Assembly (NCBI GenBank): GCA_041695225.1
Contig: JBGFRI010000011.1
Coordinates: 32,001-96,000 of the forward strand
DNA: 64,000 bases
Direction: 5' to 3'
Source of the DNA: Deinococcota bacterium
GTDB lineage: Bacteria; Deinococcota; Deinococci; Deinococcales; Thermaceae
The notes beneath the pieces are model-generated. The model had not been told where the DNA came from, did not search any database, and worked only from the letters and a program-made list of their open reading frames with translations. A program made the position numbers and the translations under genes. Numbering within the stretch: the first letter of the stretch is position 1; each line of letters begins with the position of its first letter. Below, piece after piece: positions 10,131 to 19,925 of the stretch.

Positions 10131-11588
10131 ATGCGCTGGATCCTGTTTCTGATGGTGGTTATGGCCGGCTTCGCTCTGGCGCTTGATCCGGTTACTCCAC
10201 CTGCGACCGGGACAGCGCAGCAGCAGGGGCTGTTCAGCACCTTCTTCAATCTCAACGAGTGGCTCAGGCGGATGGCAGCCGACTTCGACCGGCTGGAGGC
10301 AGGCGCCCTGTGGTTGGGGCTGGCCCTGGTTCTGGTGGGATTTCTCTATGGCATCCTTCAGGGCGTTGTAAGCGGGGGTCTGGAGGCTATCAAAGGTACG
10401 TTTGTCCGGCTTGCCGTAGTTGCGCTCCTGCTTCACCTGGGAACGCTAGGGTTTATCGGCAATACCGTGACCGGGGCTATGGATGCAGCCCGCACCTGGA
10501 GCACCGACCGGGCTGCGGGAGCGCTCAGTGAGGCAGCTAATAACCTGGATACTCTGGCGATGCGGATGCTGCCCTTCATGGGGGCATTAACCGCAATCAG
10601 GGGCTTCAGTGCAAAAACAGCAGATAAAGCCATACAAACCAGCGCCCGGACTGCTAATGCGGTCAATGTGCTGGGTACAGGCGCGAGCAAGGCCCTGAGC
10701 TATATCAACTGGGCCATGCTGCTTATCATTCCCATGCTGCTGTTTTTCTTTGTAATTCTGGTGGTGGCCTCCTTTACGATAGCGGTGGGGCTGGCGCTGT
10801 ATCCGTTGATAGTGGCACTACTGATCTTTCCCAGGGGTGCCGCAGCGGACTGGTTTGGCAAATGGGTAGCAGCTATCGTAGGGGCTCTTTTGATAGTCAT
10901 TCTGCTGCCGCTGGGATTTAGTGCTGCTGTGGACCTGGGTATTAACCGGCCAGTCTACACGGTCAATGACCACGTAGACCAGGCCCTTGACCAGATCAGG
11001 ACTTTCCAGCAAGAGCACCGGGCAAACATTCAACAGATGGTAGACAACAACGTGATCTGTGAGGGCGCAGGGATAGGTCATGGCCTGTGCGTCAATCTGG
11101 TTGCCGGGTTCCACAACGCAAAAGCTCAGCTTGGGGCTGTGCTGCAACAAGTAGGCCTGGCAGTACAGATGTGGCTGCTGGGCATTGTCCTGATGCTGGC
11201 GGGTATGGCAGCGGCAGCCTATGTGCTATTCAGCATCGAGAGGGTTGTCATGTCATTCGTTGGCGGGTTTGTAGCCACTGGGGTCCGCAACATGATGGGA
11301 GCGGCAGGTGGAGGCCGCCTGGTCCCTGGTGGTCAGGCCAGTACAGTTACCCCTGCTACAGCACCGCCTGGAATGCCGCCCGCTGGTCCCCTGGCTACCA
11401 TCCCAAGCAATGGCCCTCAAGGGGGAAGTGCTCAACCTGTTTACCCCAGACCGGTGGCTTATGACATCCAGCCGGCCTATGGGGGCAGGGGTGGCGACAT
11501 CATTGAAGGGAAGTACCGGCAGATTAGCGGGCGCGAGCTTGGACCCGGGGAATCGCGGGGCCTGCCGCCTCCCAGGAGTGAGAGGTAG
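10131..11588 (+). CDS. VirB6/TrbL-like polytopic membrane protein
   Basis: Multiple TM helices, Gly/Pro-rich low-complexity C-tail, tra operon position. Confidence 0.65.
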   Translation: MRWILFLMVVMAGFALALDPVTPPATGTAQQQGLFSTFFNLNEWLRRMAADFDRLEAGALWLGLALVLVGFLYGILQGVVSGGLEAIKGTFVRLAVVALLLHLGTLGFIGNTVTGAMDAARTWSTDRAAGALSEAANNLDTLAMRMLPFMGALTAIRGFSAKTADKAIQTSARTANAVNVLGTGASKALSYINWAMLLIIPMLLFFFVILVVASFTIAVGLALYPLIVALLIFPRGAAADWFGKWVAAIVGALLIVILLPLGFSAAVDLGINRPVYTVNDHVDQALDQIRTFQQEHRANIQQMVDNNVICEGAGIGHGLCVNLVAGFHNAKAQLGAVLQQVGLAVQMWLLGIVLMLAGMAAAAYVLFSIERVVMSFVGGFVATGVRNMMGAAGGGRLVPGGQASTVTPATAPPGMPPAGPLATIPSNGPQGGSAQPVYPRPVAYDIQPAYGGRGGDIIEGKYRQISGRELGPGESRGLPPPRSER

Positions 11589-11590
11589 AT

Positions 11591-11815
11591 ATGGTGTTCT
11601 CTGACCTGATTGATGGTAAAGACCTTGTTGGACGCTGGTTCACTTACAGGAACCAGGCCTGTACGGTTCGAGCTATTGGTGTTGTACAGGAAACCAAAGG
11701 CCGGGCTGGATCCGAGGCAGGCATGTGGTCCCTCGAGGTTGAAGGCCGGGTTGTTAGCAAAGTCTATGGGAGTCTGGATGCGGCGACTCGCAAACTCATG
11801 GAGGTCGCAGGGTGA
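11591..11815 (+). CDS. Small hypothetical protein
   Basis: GAGG RBS; fills the gap and is coupled to the coupling-protein start. Confidence 0.5.
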   Translation: MVFSDLIDGKDLVGRWFTYRNQACTVRAIGVVQETKGRAGSEAGMWSLEVEGRVVSKVYGSLDAATRKLMEVAG

Positions 11816-14130
11816 GCGCTCACAGGCAGTCCATGCTCGAGACCCCAACATCCCACAAGGTGGGCCGGTTGCTGGGTTTCATTGTGCTGCTGGGGACGCT
11901 GGCGGCGGTGAGCTGGATTGTCTGGCAGGCTTCGATACAGGTTGCCGAGCGGATGCTGGCATTTGGCTGGGGACCGGCCTTTCAGGCGGGCGATCCGGTG
12001 GGGATGATTTTTCGCTGCAATATGGATCTCACCGGGCCCTGTCCCCAGATTTTTAGCCAGATGTGGCAGCAGCAGCTACCGCTGGATATGTTGCGAATAG
12101 TGCTGGCAGGCGGGTTCGTACTCGGGATACTGCCCTTTCTGATCCGGTCTCACCGGCCTCGCAAACTGCCTGGACAGGGACGGTGGGCAACGGCGAAAGA
12201 CCTGGTTGGCTTCCTCGGACAGAAAGGTACAGGCTGGTACGGCCTGTTTGAAGGTAAACCGCTCCGGGTTCCAGCTATGGAAAGGCGAACCGGAACGCTG
12301 ATAGTGGGCAAGCCCGGCGGGGGTAAAACCACCGGCTACTACCAGCCCAACCTGATGCTGGATGCCAGGGATGGCTGGAGCGCCATCGTTTTTGACCTCA
12401 AGTGGCCCGACGAGGGGGGGCTGATGGAAGCGGTAAACTCCTATCGCTACTTTGGACGGCCAGTATACAGTTACACGCCCTTCGTGGAGGACTCAGCCCG
12501 GATTCCACTCCTGGAGGGCGCTGAAAACTCCCAGGAAGCCTCGAATATTGCGGATATTATCGTACCCAGGAGAACGGACGGCGGAGCTGAGTTCTACCAT
12601 AGCTTAGAGAGGATGCTACTGACCGGCCTGGTCTGGATCGAGGGCCAGGAGGGACGTTACTCTTTACAGCACGTCCTGGCAATTCTTCGCCAGGGAAAGG
12701 GTGAGCTAAAGGCCTACGCAGAGGTGCGGCCCCAGCTGAGGGACCACATCGGGGCGGTACTGGAGGCTCGTGAGGACATTATCGCCGGGGTGGTCGCAGG
12801 GCTGGCCGGCAGACTCTCCCTTTTCGAGAACCAGTACCTCGAAGCGGCCAGCAGAACCGGGGCTGGCCAGGTGCCGTGGGACAGATTTTTTGCAACACCC
12901 AGTCTGCTTTATATCGGGATTCCCCAGGAGCATCTGGAAGGCGGTAAAGCCACTGCTTTGCTATGGCTGGTCAAGCGCATTATGGACCGGGAGATTCACC
13001 GGGCAGCAGCCCGCAACAGGGGCTCTCTGCCTACCCTGACCTCGCTCTACCTCGATGAGTTCACGGCTTTCGGCAGACTTCCCGGCATCGAAGACAACCT
13101 GAAAACCATGCGCTCGAAGGGTGTGGCTTACCACATCAGCCTGCAAAACCTGGCTAACGGACGCTCAGTCTACGGACGGGACGCCTGGGACAGCATCCAG
13201 GGAACGTTCGGCCAGCAGGTCTGGTTGTTCGAGCGTCTCTCCGAGGATGACCGCAAGACACTCTCACGCACCCTGGGCTACCAGACCGTGGTGGGCTATT
13301 CACGGAGTTCTTCCAGGAGCAGTTTCTTTTCGGGTAGCGAGGGAGAAGGCGAGCGGGAGGAGACTCGCTACCTGATGAGCGCTGAGGAGATGCGCGAGAC
13401 AAAACGGGGCGAGGCGGTGATATTCCTGGACGGCAAGCCCCCGGTGCGGACCTACCTGGGCGGCCTGTGGGAACCCAGGCACCCTCTGCACCACCTGTAT
13501 ACAAAGATCAGAGGCAAGGCTGGTAATACACCAGCTCCTCTCGCCGTTACCAAAGCGGGTCTGACGGGAGTCACTGATGTGAGCGTTCCCAGTCCTTCCT
13601 TCGAGGACACGATAGAGTCTGATCAGGCAGTAGTTTATCGGGAGCCTGAGGTCTCTCTGACGACTGATGCAGCAAGCCCTCAGCCTGAGGTTGCTCCCAG
13701 GGCGGTCAGTAAGCCATCCAGTCTGGAAAACTACATCCGTCGTCTGGCTTCTACGATGCCAGCTTTTCAGCGTTACTATCACAAAAAAACTACTACCGGG
13801 GTCCGCTTTGTTCTGCCGTCAGGCTTTCCTCGCCCTGAAACTGCCTGGGTACGGCAGGGCTGGGTAGAGATGCGAGGCAAAGATGAAATTTCGGTCAATC
13901 TCACCAGTAAGGGCCTGGAGGCTCTGGATAGAAACTTAGCCGTAGCCCTGGTGCGCTGGTGCCGGGTGCGGGAATGGGCCAGGCCGCACGGTCAGGAACG
14001 GGAGCCGGTGGTCTATATGACTGAGGAAGAGGCCGAGACGGTACTCCGGGAGTTTTCTAAGTCGCTGCCCCGGGAAGAAGGACGGGTGCGGGTGGGGGTT
14101 TTACTGGAGGTGCTGGGCGATGGTAGTTAA
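11812..14130 (+). CDS. virD4: Type IV coupling protein (VirD4/TraG family)
   Basis: Two N-terminal TM helices, GQGRWAT motif, Walker A GKPGGGKT, Walker B LYLDEF. Confidence 0.9.
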   Translation: MSAHRQSMLETPTSHKVGRLLGFIVLLGTLAAVSWIVWQASIQVAERMLAFGWGPAFQAGDPVGMIFRCNMDLTGPCPQIFSQMWQQQLPLDMLRIVLAGGFVLGILPFLIRSHRPRKLPGQGRWATAKDLVGFLGQKGTGWYGLFEGKPLRVPAMERRTGTLIVGKPGGGKTTGYYQPNLMLDARDGWSAIVFDLKWPDEGGLMEAVNSYRYFGRPVYSYTPFVEDSARIPLLEGAENSQEASNIADIIVPRRTDGGAEFYHSLERMLLTGLVWIEGQEGRYSLQHVLAILRQGKGELKAYAEVRPQLRDHIGAVLEAREDIIAGVVAGLAGRLSLFENQYLEAASRTGAGQVPWDRFFATPSLLYIGIPQEHLEGGKATALLWLVKRIMDREIHRAAARNRGSLPTLTSLYLDEFTAFGRLPGIEDNLKTMRSKGVAYHISLQNLANGRSVYGRDAWDSIQGTFGQQVWLFERLSEDDRKTLSRTLGYQTVVGYSRSSSRSSFFSGSEGEGEREETRYLMSAEEMRETKRGEAVIFLDGKPPVRTYLGGLWEPRHPLHHLYTKIRGKAGNTPAPLAVTKAGLTGVTDVSVPSPSFEDTIESDQAVVYREPEVSLTTDAASPQPEVAPRAVSKPSSLENYIRRLASTMPAFQRYYHKKTTTGVRFVLPSGFPRPETAWVRQGWVEMRGKDEISVNLTSKGLEALDRNLAVALVRWCRVREWARPHGQEREPVVYMTEEEAETVLREFSKSLPREEGRVRVGVLLEVLGDGS

Positions 14131-14644
14131 AACACTCCGTATAGCGTTACTCAGCATCCTGCTCTCCTTTGGGTTTGCTCAGAGTAGTTCCCCAGAGACT
14201 CAGGAACACCTTCTTTCAGATGCTGAGCTTACCCGGCTTGTGGCCGGGGCGCGTAGCGAGGTGCTGATCGAGGTCAGCCTGTTTGATCAGAGGCCTCTGG
14301 CCGAGGGCTTACGTGTAGCTACTGCTGAGCGTGGGGCGAAAGGGCACATCTTAGTGGCGGCGGCTACAGCCGAGGCCGGGCCCTCCTATCTACCCTGGGC
14401 GTCAATTCTACCCAACACCAGCACCCGGTTACTGGCACATACCCGGAGCGGCTACGTGGTGATAGATCGTCGGATTGCCATTCTCATCACTGAACGTATG
14501 GGCCTTCCGGTCTGGCGGGTAGAAGAAAACCCGGCCAGGGTCGCCGCCCTGGTGCGGCAGTTCGTGGAAGCGTTCCAGATCGCCAGGCCCTACAGCATCC
14601 AGGGGATGGTTCAGCGCCGGTTGAGGGAAGAGTTCTGGAGATAG
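14120..14644 (+). CDS. Secreted protein, degenerate PLD/Nuc-like fold lacking HxK
   Basis: Signal peptide; A..EVLIEV…LAEGL…ERG…ILV layout and GYVVIDRR resemble the PLD fold; no HxKxxxxD. Confidence 0.45.
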   Translation: MVVKTLRIALLSILLSFGFAQSSSPETQEHLLSDAELTRLVAGARSEVLIEVSLFDQRPLAEGLRVATAERGAKGHILVAAATAEAGPSYLPWASILPNTSTRLLAHTRSGYVVIDRRIAILITERMGLPVWRVEENPARVAALVRQFVEAFQIARPYSIQGMVQRRLREEFWR

Positions 14645-14646
14645 TT

Positions 14647-14961
14647 ATGCGGCAGAAATGGAAACACATCGTGGGGTGGGCTGGGGTGGTAGTAGGGCTA
14701 TCGGGCGTAATACCCGGTATCTTTCTGCTGCGCGGCCCCATGATCGAGTTTGGTCTGGTGCTGGTCTTACTGGGGGTGCTGATCCTGGTAGGCCTGGAAA
14801 CAGTCGAGGAGTTGCGGCAGGTGCGTCGAAGCCTGGCGCGGCTGGTCATTCAGGGCGAGAAGGGGCAGCCGCAGACGGAACCGGTTGGTGTAAAGTCCGC
14901 AGAGTCAGTTACGGATACCTTAGAAGCGCCTTTACCGGAGAGTGCCCTGATCCGCAGGTAG
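14647..14961 (+). CDS. Small membrane protein
   Basis: Two TM helices, GGAG RBS, operonic. Confidence 0.55.
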   Translation: MRQKWKHIVGWAGVVVGLSGVIPGIFLLRGPMIEFGLVLVLLGVLILVGLETVEELRQVRRSLARLVIQGEKGQPQTEPVGVKSAESVTDTLEAPLPESALIRR

Positions 14962-14970
14962 TGAGGCAGA

Positions 14971-15438
14971 ATGGTCCGGTTATTAGCTCTGGTTGTCCTG
15001 CTGCTGGCCGGTAAGGGCTTTACCTGCGGGCGGATTCCTTCCGACCTGGCGGGGTGGGCTGCTTACTACGCACGGGGGTTTGGCCTTGATCCCAATCTGA
15101 TTATTGCGGTGGTCTGGGTTGAAAGCCGGTTCTGTACTCAAGCAGTATCTCCCAGAGGGGCTGTTGGGCTGGGACAGATCATGCCAACCACCGGGCAGGG
15201 AATGGGTATTGCCCCACATAAGCTCACAGACCCGCGCTGGAACCTCTGGGGTACAGCCAGGTATCTACGTCAGCAATGGGAGACCTTTCAGAACTGGGAG
15301 CTGGCCCTGGCCGCCTATAACGCAGGGGCCGGCGCAGTGCGCCGGTTTGGGGGTATTCCTCCTTTTCCTGAGACCCAGAACTATGTGAGGAAGGTGTTGT
15401 GGACATGGCGGTGGCTAACGCAGAACAGAAAACACTAG
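14971..15438 (+). CDS. Lytic transglycosylase (SLT, VirB1-like)
   Basis: VES catalytic motif, [28 protein letters not shown]. Confidence 0.9.
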   Translation: MVRLLALVVLLLAGKGFTCGRIPSDLAGWAAYYARGFGLDPNLIIAVVWVESRFCTQAVSPRGAVGLGQIMPTTGQGMGIAPHKLTDPRWNLWGTARYLRQQWETFQNWELALAAYNAGAGAVRRFGGIPPFPETQNYVRKVLWTWRWLTQNRKH

Positions 15439-16367
15439 TCTGGGTACACAAGCGCTTTCCTGAGGAGTTTGCCCGGCTCATGGAGCGGCTGCCACCCTGG
15501 ATCAGGGTGGACGTAGAAGGCTATTACGAGACCCTTGACGAGATCGTGCTTGACCTGGGAAAGCCGCTGATCTATACCGCTGGGGATCAGGTTTACAACA
15601 TGGACGGGCGGGAGGTTACCAAAGACGACCTCTCGTATCTGACCCACCGGGTTGGAGGTTTCAAAGAGAATAACCGGGCCGGTCTGGAAGGGACTCTACA
15701 CCGCATAAGTCGGATTCAGGACGCACACGGAGAGATTGTAGGCATTACCATCCGGGTAGGACGCTTCATGATGGGGGTAGCTGAACCCCTGCGGAGCTGG
15801 CTGGAAAGAAGCGGTTCCTTACTGGTGGTAGGACCCCCAAGAACAGGCAAGACTACCCTGCTGCGGGACATTGTGCGAATCCTGGCTGAGCGCTACGGGC
15901 CACGGGTAGCAGTGGTGGATACCAGCAACGAGATCGGAGGAGACGGCAAACTGGTCCACCCGGGTATTTCCCCTGCCCGACGCTTACAGGTTCCTGATCC
16001 ACCCTCAAAAAACCAGGGCCCGATTATTTACCAGGCCATTGCTAACCACTCTCCAGAGGTAGTGGTGGCAGACGAGATTGGTTACGCAGACGATGTGTTT
16101 CAGTGCCTGACCGCCTCCCGGCGGGGGGTAAGGGTAGTGGCCACCGCACACGGGGAGACTATCCTTGACCTGCTGGAAAACCCCGTGCTGCTACCCATAC
16201 TGGGCGACCCGGTAGAGGGAAGACGCAGGAGCCGGCCTTCCTTTGCTATGTGTCTCGAAGTCCACGGACGGGGCAGGTTTGTGCTGCACCCGGATTTCAA
16301 GGAGGCGCTGGATACTCTTTTGTCAGGCGGTGAGCCGGATGGTTTACGGCTGGGGGGGTGGGGTTGA
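15405..16367 (+). CDS. SpoIIIAA/Ycf45-family ATPase
   Basis: GTLHRIS, Walker [33 protein letters not shown]. Confidence 0.8.
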   Translation: MAVANAEQKTLVWVHKRFPEEFARLMERLPPWIRVDVEGYYETLDEIVLDLGKPLIYTAGDQVYNMDGREVTKDDLSYLTHRVGGFKENNRAGLEGTLHRISRIQDAHGEIVGITIRVGRFMMGVAEPLRSWLERSGSLLVVGPPRTGKTTLLRDIVRILAERYGPRVAVVDTSNEIGGDGKLVHPGISPARRLQVPDPPSKNQGPIIYQAIANHSPEVVVADEIGYADDVFQCLTASRRGVRVVATAHGETILDLLENPVLLPILGDPVEGRRRSRPSFAMCLEVHGRGRFVLHPDFKEALDTLLSGGEPDGLRLGGWG

Positions 16368-18010
16368 TGCAGCTTAAATGGGTGATCTGGATCGTGACAG
16401 TTCTGGTTCTGACCGGTATAGCACTTACCCAGAGCCAGAATCCGGGCTATCCCGAGAGAGTACGCTATATTGTATCGGCCCCGGACTACCGGCTGGATCG
16501 GCTGCATCTGCTCAGATGGCCTTACATTGAGGTCTTGCGGGTAGACCGCTGGCAGGAACATCAGCAGGCCAGGGCGCAGGGCCAGGGTCCAGTAGCTCAC
16601 GAGTGGCGGCTCCCAATGAGCGATCTGCTGACCAGCCAGGAGGTGGCGCGTGACGTGCGGCTCGCCTGGCAGCGCTTTGAGGAACGGTACTACTGGCATG
16701 TAATCACCAGACTCAATAACCCGGCCCTGTATGTAATCTTTTGCTGGGCTGGGCTACAGGGACCAGACCTGAACCCTCCCCTGCCCGAGGCACGGGTTGA
16801 CGTATCCTCAGGAATCGTTCCCCAAGGGTTTAACCCCAACCTGGGCTGGCCGCTCCCTGCCGCCCAGGGCCAGCACATGCTGGACGCCTACTGGCCTATA
16901 CCTCAGATCAGGAATGAGGACTTCTGCGATAATCTCAGCCTACAAATACTGCCACTGATGCACATTCCTGGCTTCTGCATCGATATACCTGCTATCGGTT
17001 TCTCCTGGTGTACTCCAGGGTATGACGAGGGCATCCCGCTGTGGTTCAATGATGTTGAGGCGCAGAACCGGGTATCGGACGGAATTGCTCATGCGGTAAG
17101 CCACTACTACCCGGATTACAAGATAGATGTGCTCAACGCGCTGCGGCCTCGAGTGCCCACCGATTTGTCTGACCCCACACGGCTCCGAGTATTCGCTCCT
17201 ATGCCCTGGCAGGCGCATGTGCTCGAGGGAGGTGCGGTCGTTACCCCGGTCATGCGGACGCTGGATGGCCTGGCCCCTCAGCACTTTGTGAACGATGTTC
17301 AGCAGATATTTTCTATCCTGAACCAGGGTATTGCCGCGCTGCCAGAAGCCGAACGTGTTGCGGGAGCAGCTTACTACTACCAGGCTGTGCGGAGTCTGGC
17401 CCGGTTATCGTTCTTGCAGCCAGTAACCAGCCAGTTGCGCGGTCTGATTGGGGGAATGGACGAGCAGGTGATGGAACAGGCCCTGCGGGCCATGACCACT
17501 ACTGATCAGGCCAGCAAGCTGGCTGGCCAGGATCTGCACATCTACGCCAGAAACGCACCGGGGGCCTGGCGTCTGGAAGAGCTAAAGCGCTGGTTACCAC
17601 CCTCTAACCCTTTTATCTACGAGCATTTCGGGTATGTGAGCTTCTTCCAGGTCTTCAACCGGCTTGAGGTGACAACCGTGCCAGACTTTCGGGCTGACCG
17701 GAATCCCCTGGGAGTCGCGGCCTCGCTGGGAATGCGGGCGCTTTTCTACTGGTGGGTGCCAGTACGTATCCAGGTTCATCTGACGCCGACCCCGCCTTAC
17801 ATCACTCTGACGGGCAGCCTCGACCTGCCCAGGCCCATCCCTGTACCTCCTTATGTGCTTCCCTTTGCTGGCGAGCGCACCTTCTGGGGCTGGGTCAGCG
17901 TACCAGAAGGCTACGAGATTCCCAGGGTTAGAGGCACACCAGGGCTGGGGATAAGCGGAGTGAGCATCCCGGGGTTTGGGCCGGAGATATACAACATTCT
18001 TTTGAGGTGA
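16367..18010 (+). CDS. Large secreted Cys-containing protein of the transfer operon
   Basis: Signal peptide, 547 aa, coupled start (TGATG); TraU/TraN-like role is speculation. Confidence 0.55.
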   Translation: MQLKWVIWIVTVLVLTGIALTQSQNPGYPERVRYIVSAPDYRLDRLHLLRWPYIEVLRVDRWQEHQQARAQGQGPVAHEWRLPMSDLLTSQEVARDVRLAWQRFEERYYWHVITRLNNPALYVIFCWAGLQGPDLNPPLPEARVDVSSGIVPQGFNPNLGWPLPAAQGQHMLDAYWPIPQIRNEDFCDNLSLQILPLMHIPGFCIDIPAIGFSWCTPGYDEGIPLWFNDVEAQNRVSDGIAHAVSHYYPDYKIDVLNALRPRVPTDLSDPTRLRVFAPMPWQAHVLEGGAVVTPVMRTLDGLAPQHFVNDVQQIFSILNQGIAALPEAERVAGAAYYYQAVRSLARLSFLQPVTSQLRGLIGGMDEQVMEQALRAMTTTDQASKLAGQDLHIYARNAPGAWRLEELKRWLPPSNPFIYEHFGYVSFFQVFNRLEVTTVPDFRADRNPLGVAASLGMRALFYWWVPVRIQVHLTPTPPYITLTGSLDLPRPIPVPPYVLPFAGERTFWGWVSVPEGYEIPRVRGTPGLGISGVSIPGFGPEIYNILLR

Positions 18011-18058
18011 GGTATGGGCTGGATGATGAAGTGGCCGGGAGTTGGGGGTGATTAACCG

Positions 18059-18649
18059 ATGCGCTGGATTTATACACTGATACTGAGCATCTTCCTCGGA
18101 GGAGGAAGTCTGGCGGTAAGCGCACAGGATCTCAAAACAGCCTATGACGTGCTGAGAAATGGACTTTGTGCCTTGCGTATTACCTGCCTGCTGCCGGCGG
18201 ACATGCTCTACCCGGTGGACTGGCAAGGGGATGTGGAGAGCAGGCTGGGTAGCTCCAGGGAGGTGGTAATCATCGGAGATGTGCAGTCATTAGAGCCGGT
18301 GATCCATTTTCTTGACGCCTGGCTCAGGACAACTGACCCCGACCGGAGGCAGAACCGGCCCCAGATTTTCGCAGTCGTGCCGCAGGAGCAGTTAGTCTGG
18401 TTCCAGGGGTGGACGCAGAACCCGGAGATCGCTAACTTTGCCACGGTGGTAGCCAGCAGCAACGAGCGAGAGCCATTGGGTGTGGTTGGGCGCACCGGGC
18501 TACCCCTGGTAATTCTCGATAACCAGGTGGTCTATATGCCTGCCTGGTGGCAGCTTGACGGGCCGGTAATGCGGCAGGTGCTGACCTGGGGAAGGGTGCT
18601 GGTGAATCAGGTCCGGCAGGCTAACCAGCGGCGGGAGGAGGTCAGGTGA
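18059..18649 (+). CDS. Secreted hypothetical protein (possible degenerate PLD-like)
   Basis: Signal peptide; GLPLVILDNQ motif near C-terminus. Confidence 0.5.
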   Translation: MRWIYTLILSIFLGGGSLAVSAQDLKTAYDVLRNGLCALRITCLLPADMLYPVDWQGDVESRLGSSREVVIIGDVQSLEPVIHFLDAWLRTTDPDRRQNRPQIFAVVPQEQLVWFQGWTQNPEIANFATVVASSNEREPLGVVGRTGLPLVILDNQVVYMPAWWQLDGPVMRQVLTWGRVLVNQVRQANQRREEVR

Positions 18650-19056
18650 AAGTCCTGGCCGCTCTACTTCTTCTGGGGCTGGGGTTGGCGCAACAGCAGC
18701 AGCCGCAGCAGATTCTCTTTCAGACTGCGAATCTTGCCCAGGCCGTGGACTGGGTTAGCAGCGTCCGGGCGCAGGACGCCCTGGTCATTGGAAATCTGCC
18801 TGACCCTGCTTTTGCCCGGGCCCTGCCTGGCCGTACTCGTGTTCTGGTGAGCCACTCTCTACCTACCTGGGTACGGACCGGAATGGAGGTGCGACACCTT
18901 CGGGGGCTGCGAGCCCAAGGGATGGTGCTCATTGACCGACGCTTTTTTGTTGTGCGGGACAGACGGGGATTATGGACAGTCATCGCCAGTCCCGAGATAG
19001 GGGCCAAGGTAGGACACTACCTTGAACAGCTCTGGCAGATGGGGGGGAGGTTATGA
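18646..19056 (+). CDS. Secreted hypothetical protein (possible degenerate PLD-like)
   Basis: Signal peptide; GMVLIDRR motif shared with 14120..14644. Confidence 0.55.
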   Translation: MKVLAALLLLGLGLAQQQQPQQILFQTANLAQAVDWVSSVRAQDALVIGNLPDPAFARALPGRTRVLVSHSLPTWVRTGMEVRHLRGLRAQGMVLIDRRFFVVRDRRGLWTVIASPEIGAKVGHYLEQLWQMGGRL

Positions 19057-19925
19057 GGTGGCTGATTGTACTGGGATCTGTCTGGTGGGGGCTGGCCCTG
19101 GCCTGCTCCCTGAGCATCGAGACCAACCCCCAGGGCGGGGTAGTGAGCAACACCACGGTTACAGTCACGGTGCGCTCAACAGTTCGTGTACCTGAACTCA
19201 GACTGACCCTGCGGATTGAGGGACGGTGGGAGAACTTTGGGCAGAGCTGGGCATGGCAGGACACCGATACCGGCGTGGCTGAGATCAGGGTCAGCTCCTC
19301 GCTCAACGGGCAGTACATCCTGACTGCAAGCGCTGATCTGTGCAATTCAGTACAGACCCGCTTTGTAGTGATGATTCCCTGGGATATTGCGTACTCACAA
19401 CTCCCCTGGCTCTTGTGGGAGGAAACCGAGCGCAACAACTTTATCGAGATAGGTGGAAGGCTGCGGGGAGGAGCTCCCATCAATATCGAGGGGCTGGTTA
19501 CCGGCCTGGCTGGGCCTTTAGCGCATGTTTTGCGGACCTATCTGGCAAGAGGTTATATGAACCAGGGCCATTTTACCCCTCGTTGTCCGCCTTTGGCCTT
19601 CTGCTACTCGGTTGCTCCGATACAGCTGCGGCTTTTCGCAGTGCATGGTGGTGCAGTCGGTGGCCTCCACCAGACCGGGCTGGCCTGGCTTGGTAACTTC
19701 ATGGCCCCCCGCGACAGCCGGGCCTGGGAGATCGGCGGCAGAGGGGTAGGCGGGGTGCTGGTTGTGCGGGGCTGGCGGCATGATTACATTCTGCTCTCGG
19801 AGCAGGGAGACTTTAGCGACCCAGTTGTGCGGGTCATTGAGATGCCACGAGGGGGAAGCGAGCTTATCCGTAGAGCACTGAGCCTGGCCTTCTTGCAGCA
19901 AGGAGCGAGGGAGGTAATCCCATGA
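19053..19925 (+). CDS. Secreted hypothetical protein with Ig-like N-terminus
   Basis: Signal peptide, beta-rich N-domain, ATGA coupling. Confidence 0.55.
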   Translation: MRWLIVLGSVWWGLALACSLSIETNPQGGVVSNTTVTVTVRSTVRVPELRLTLRIEGRWENFGQSWAWQDTDTGVAEIRVSSSLNGQYILTASADLCNSVQTRFVVMIPWDIAYSQLPWLLWEETERNNFIEIGGRLRGGAPINIEGLVTGLAGPLAHVLRTYLARGYMNQGHFTPRCPPLAFCYSVAPIQLRLFAVHGGAVGGLHQTGLAWLGNFMAPRDSRAWEIGGRGVGGVLVVRGWRHDYILLSEQGDFSDPVVRVIEMPRGGSELIRRALSLAFLQQGAREVIP

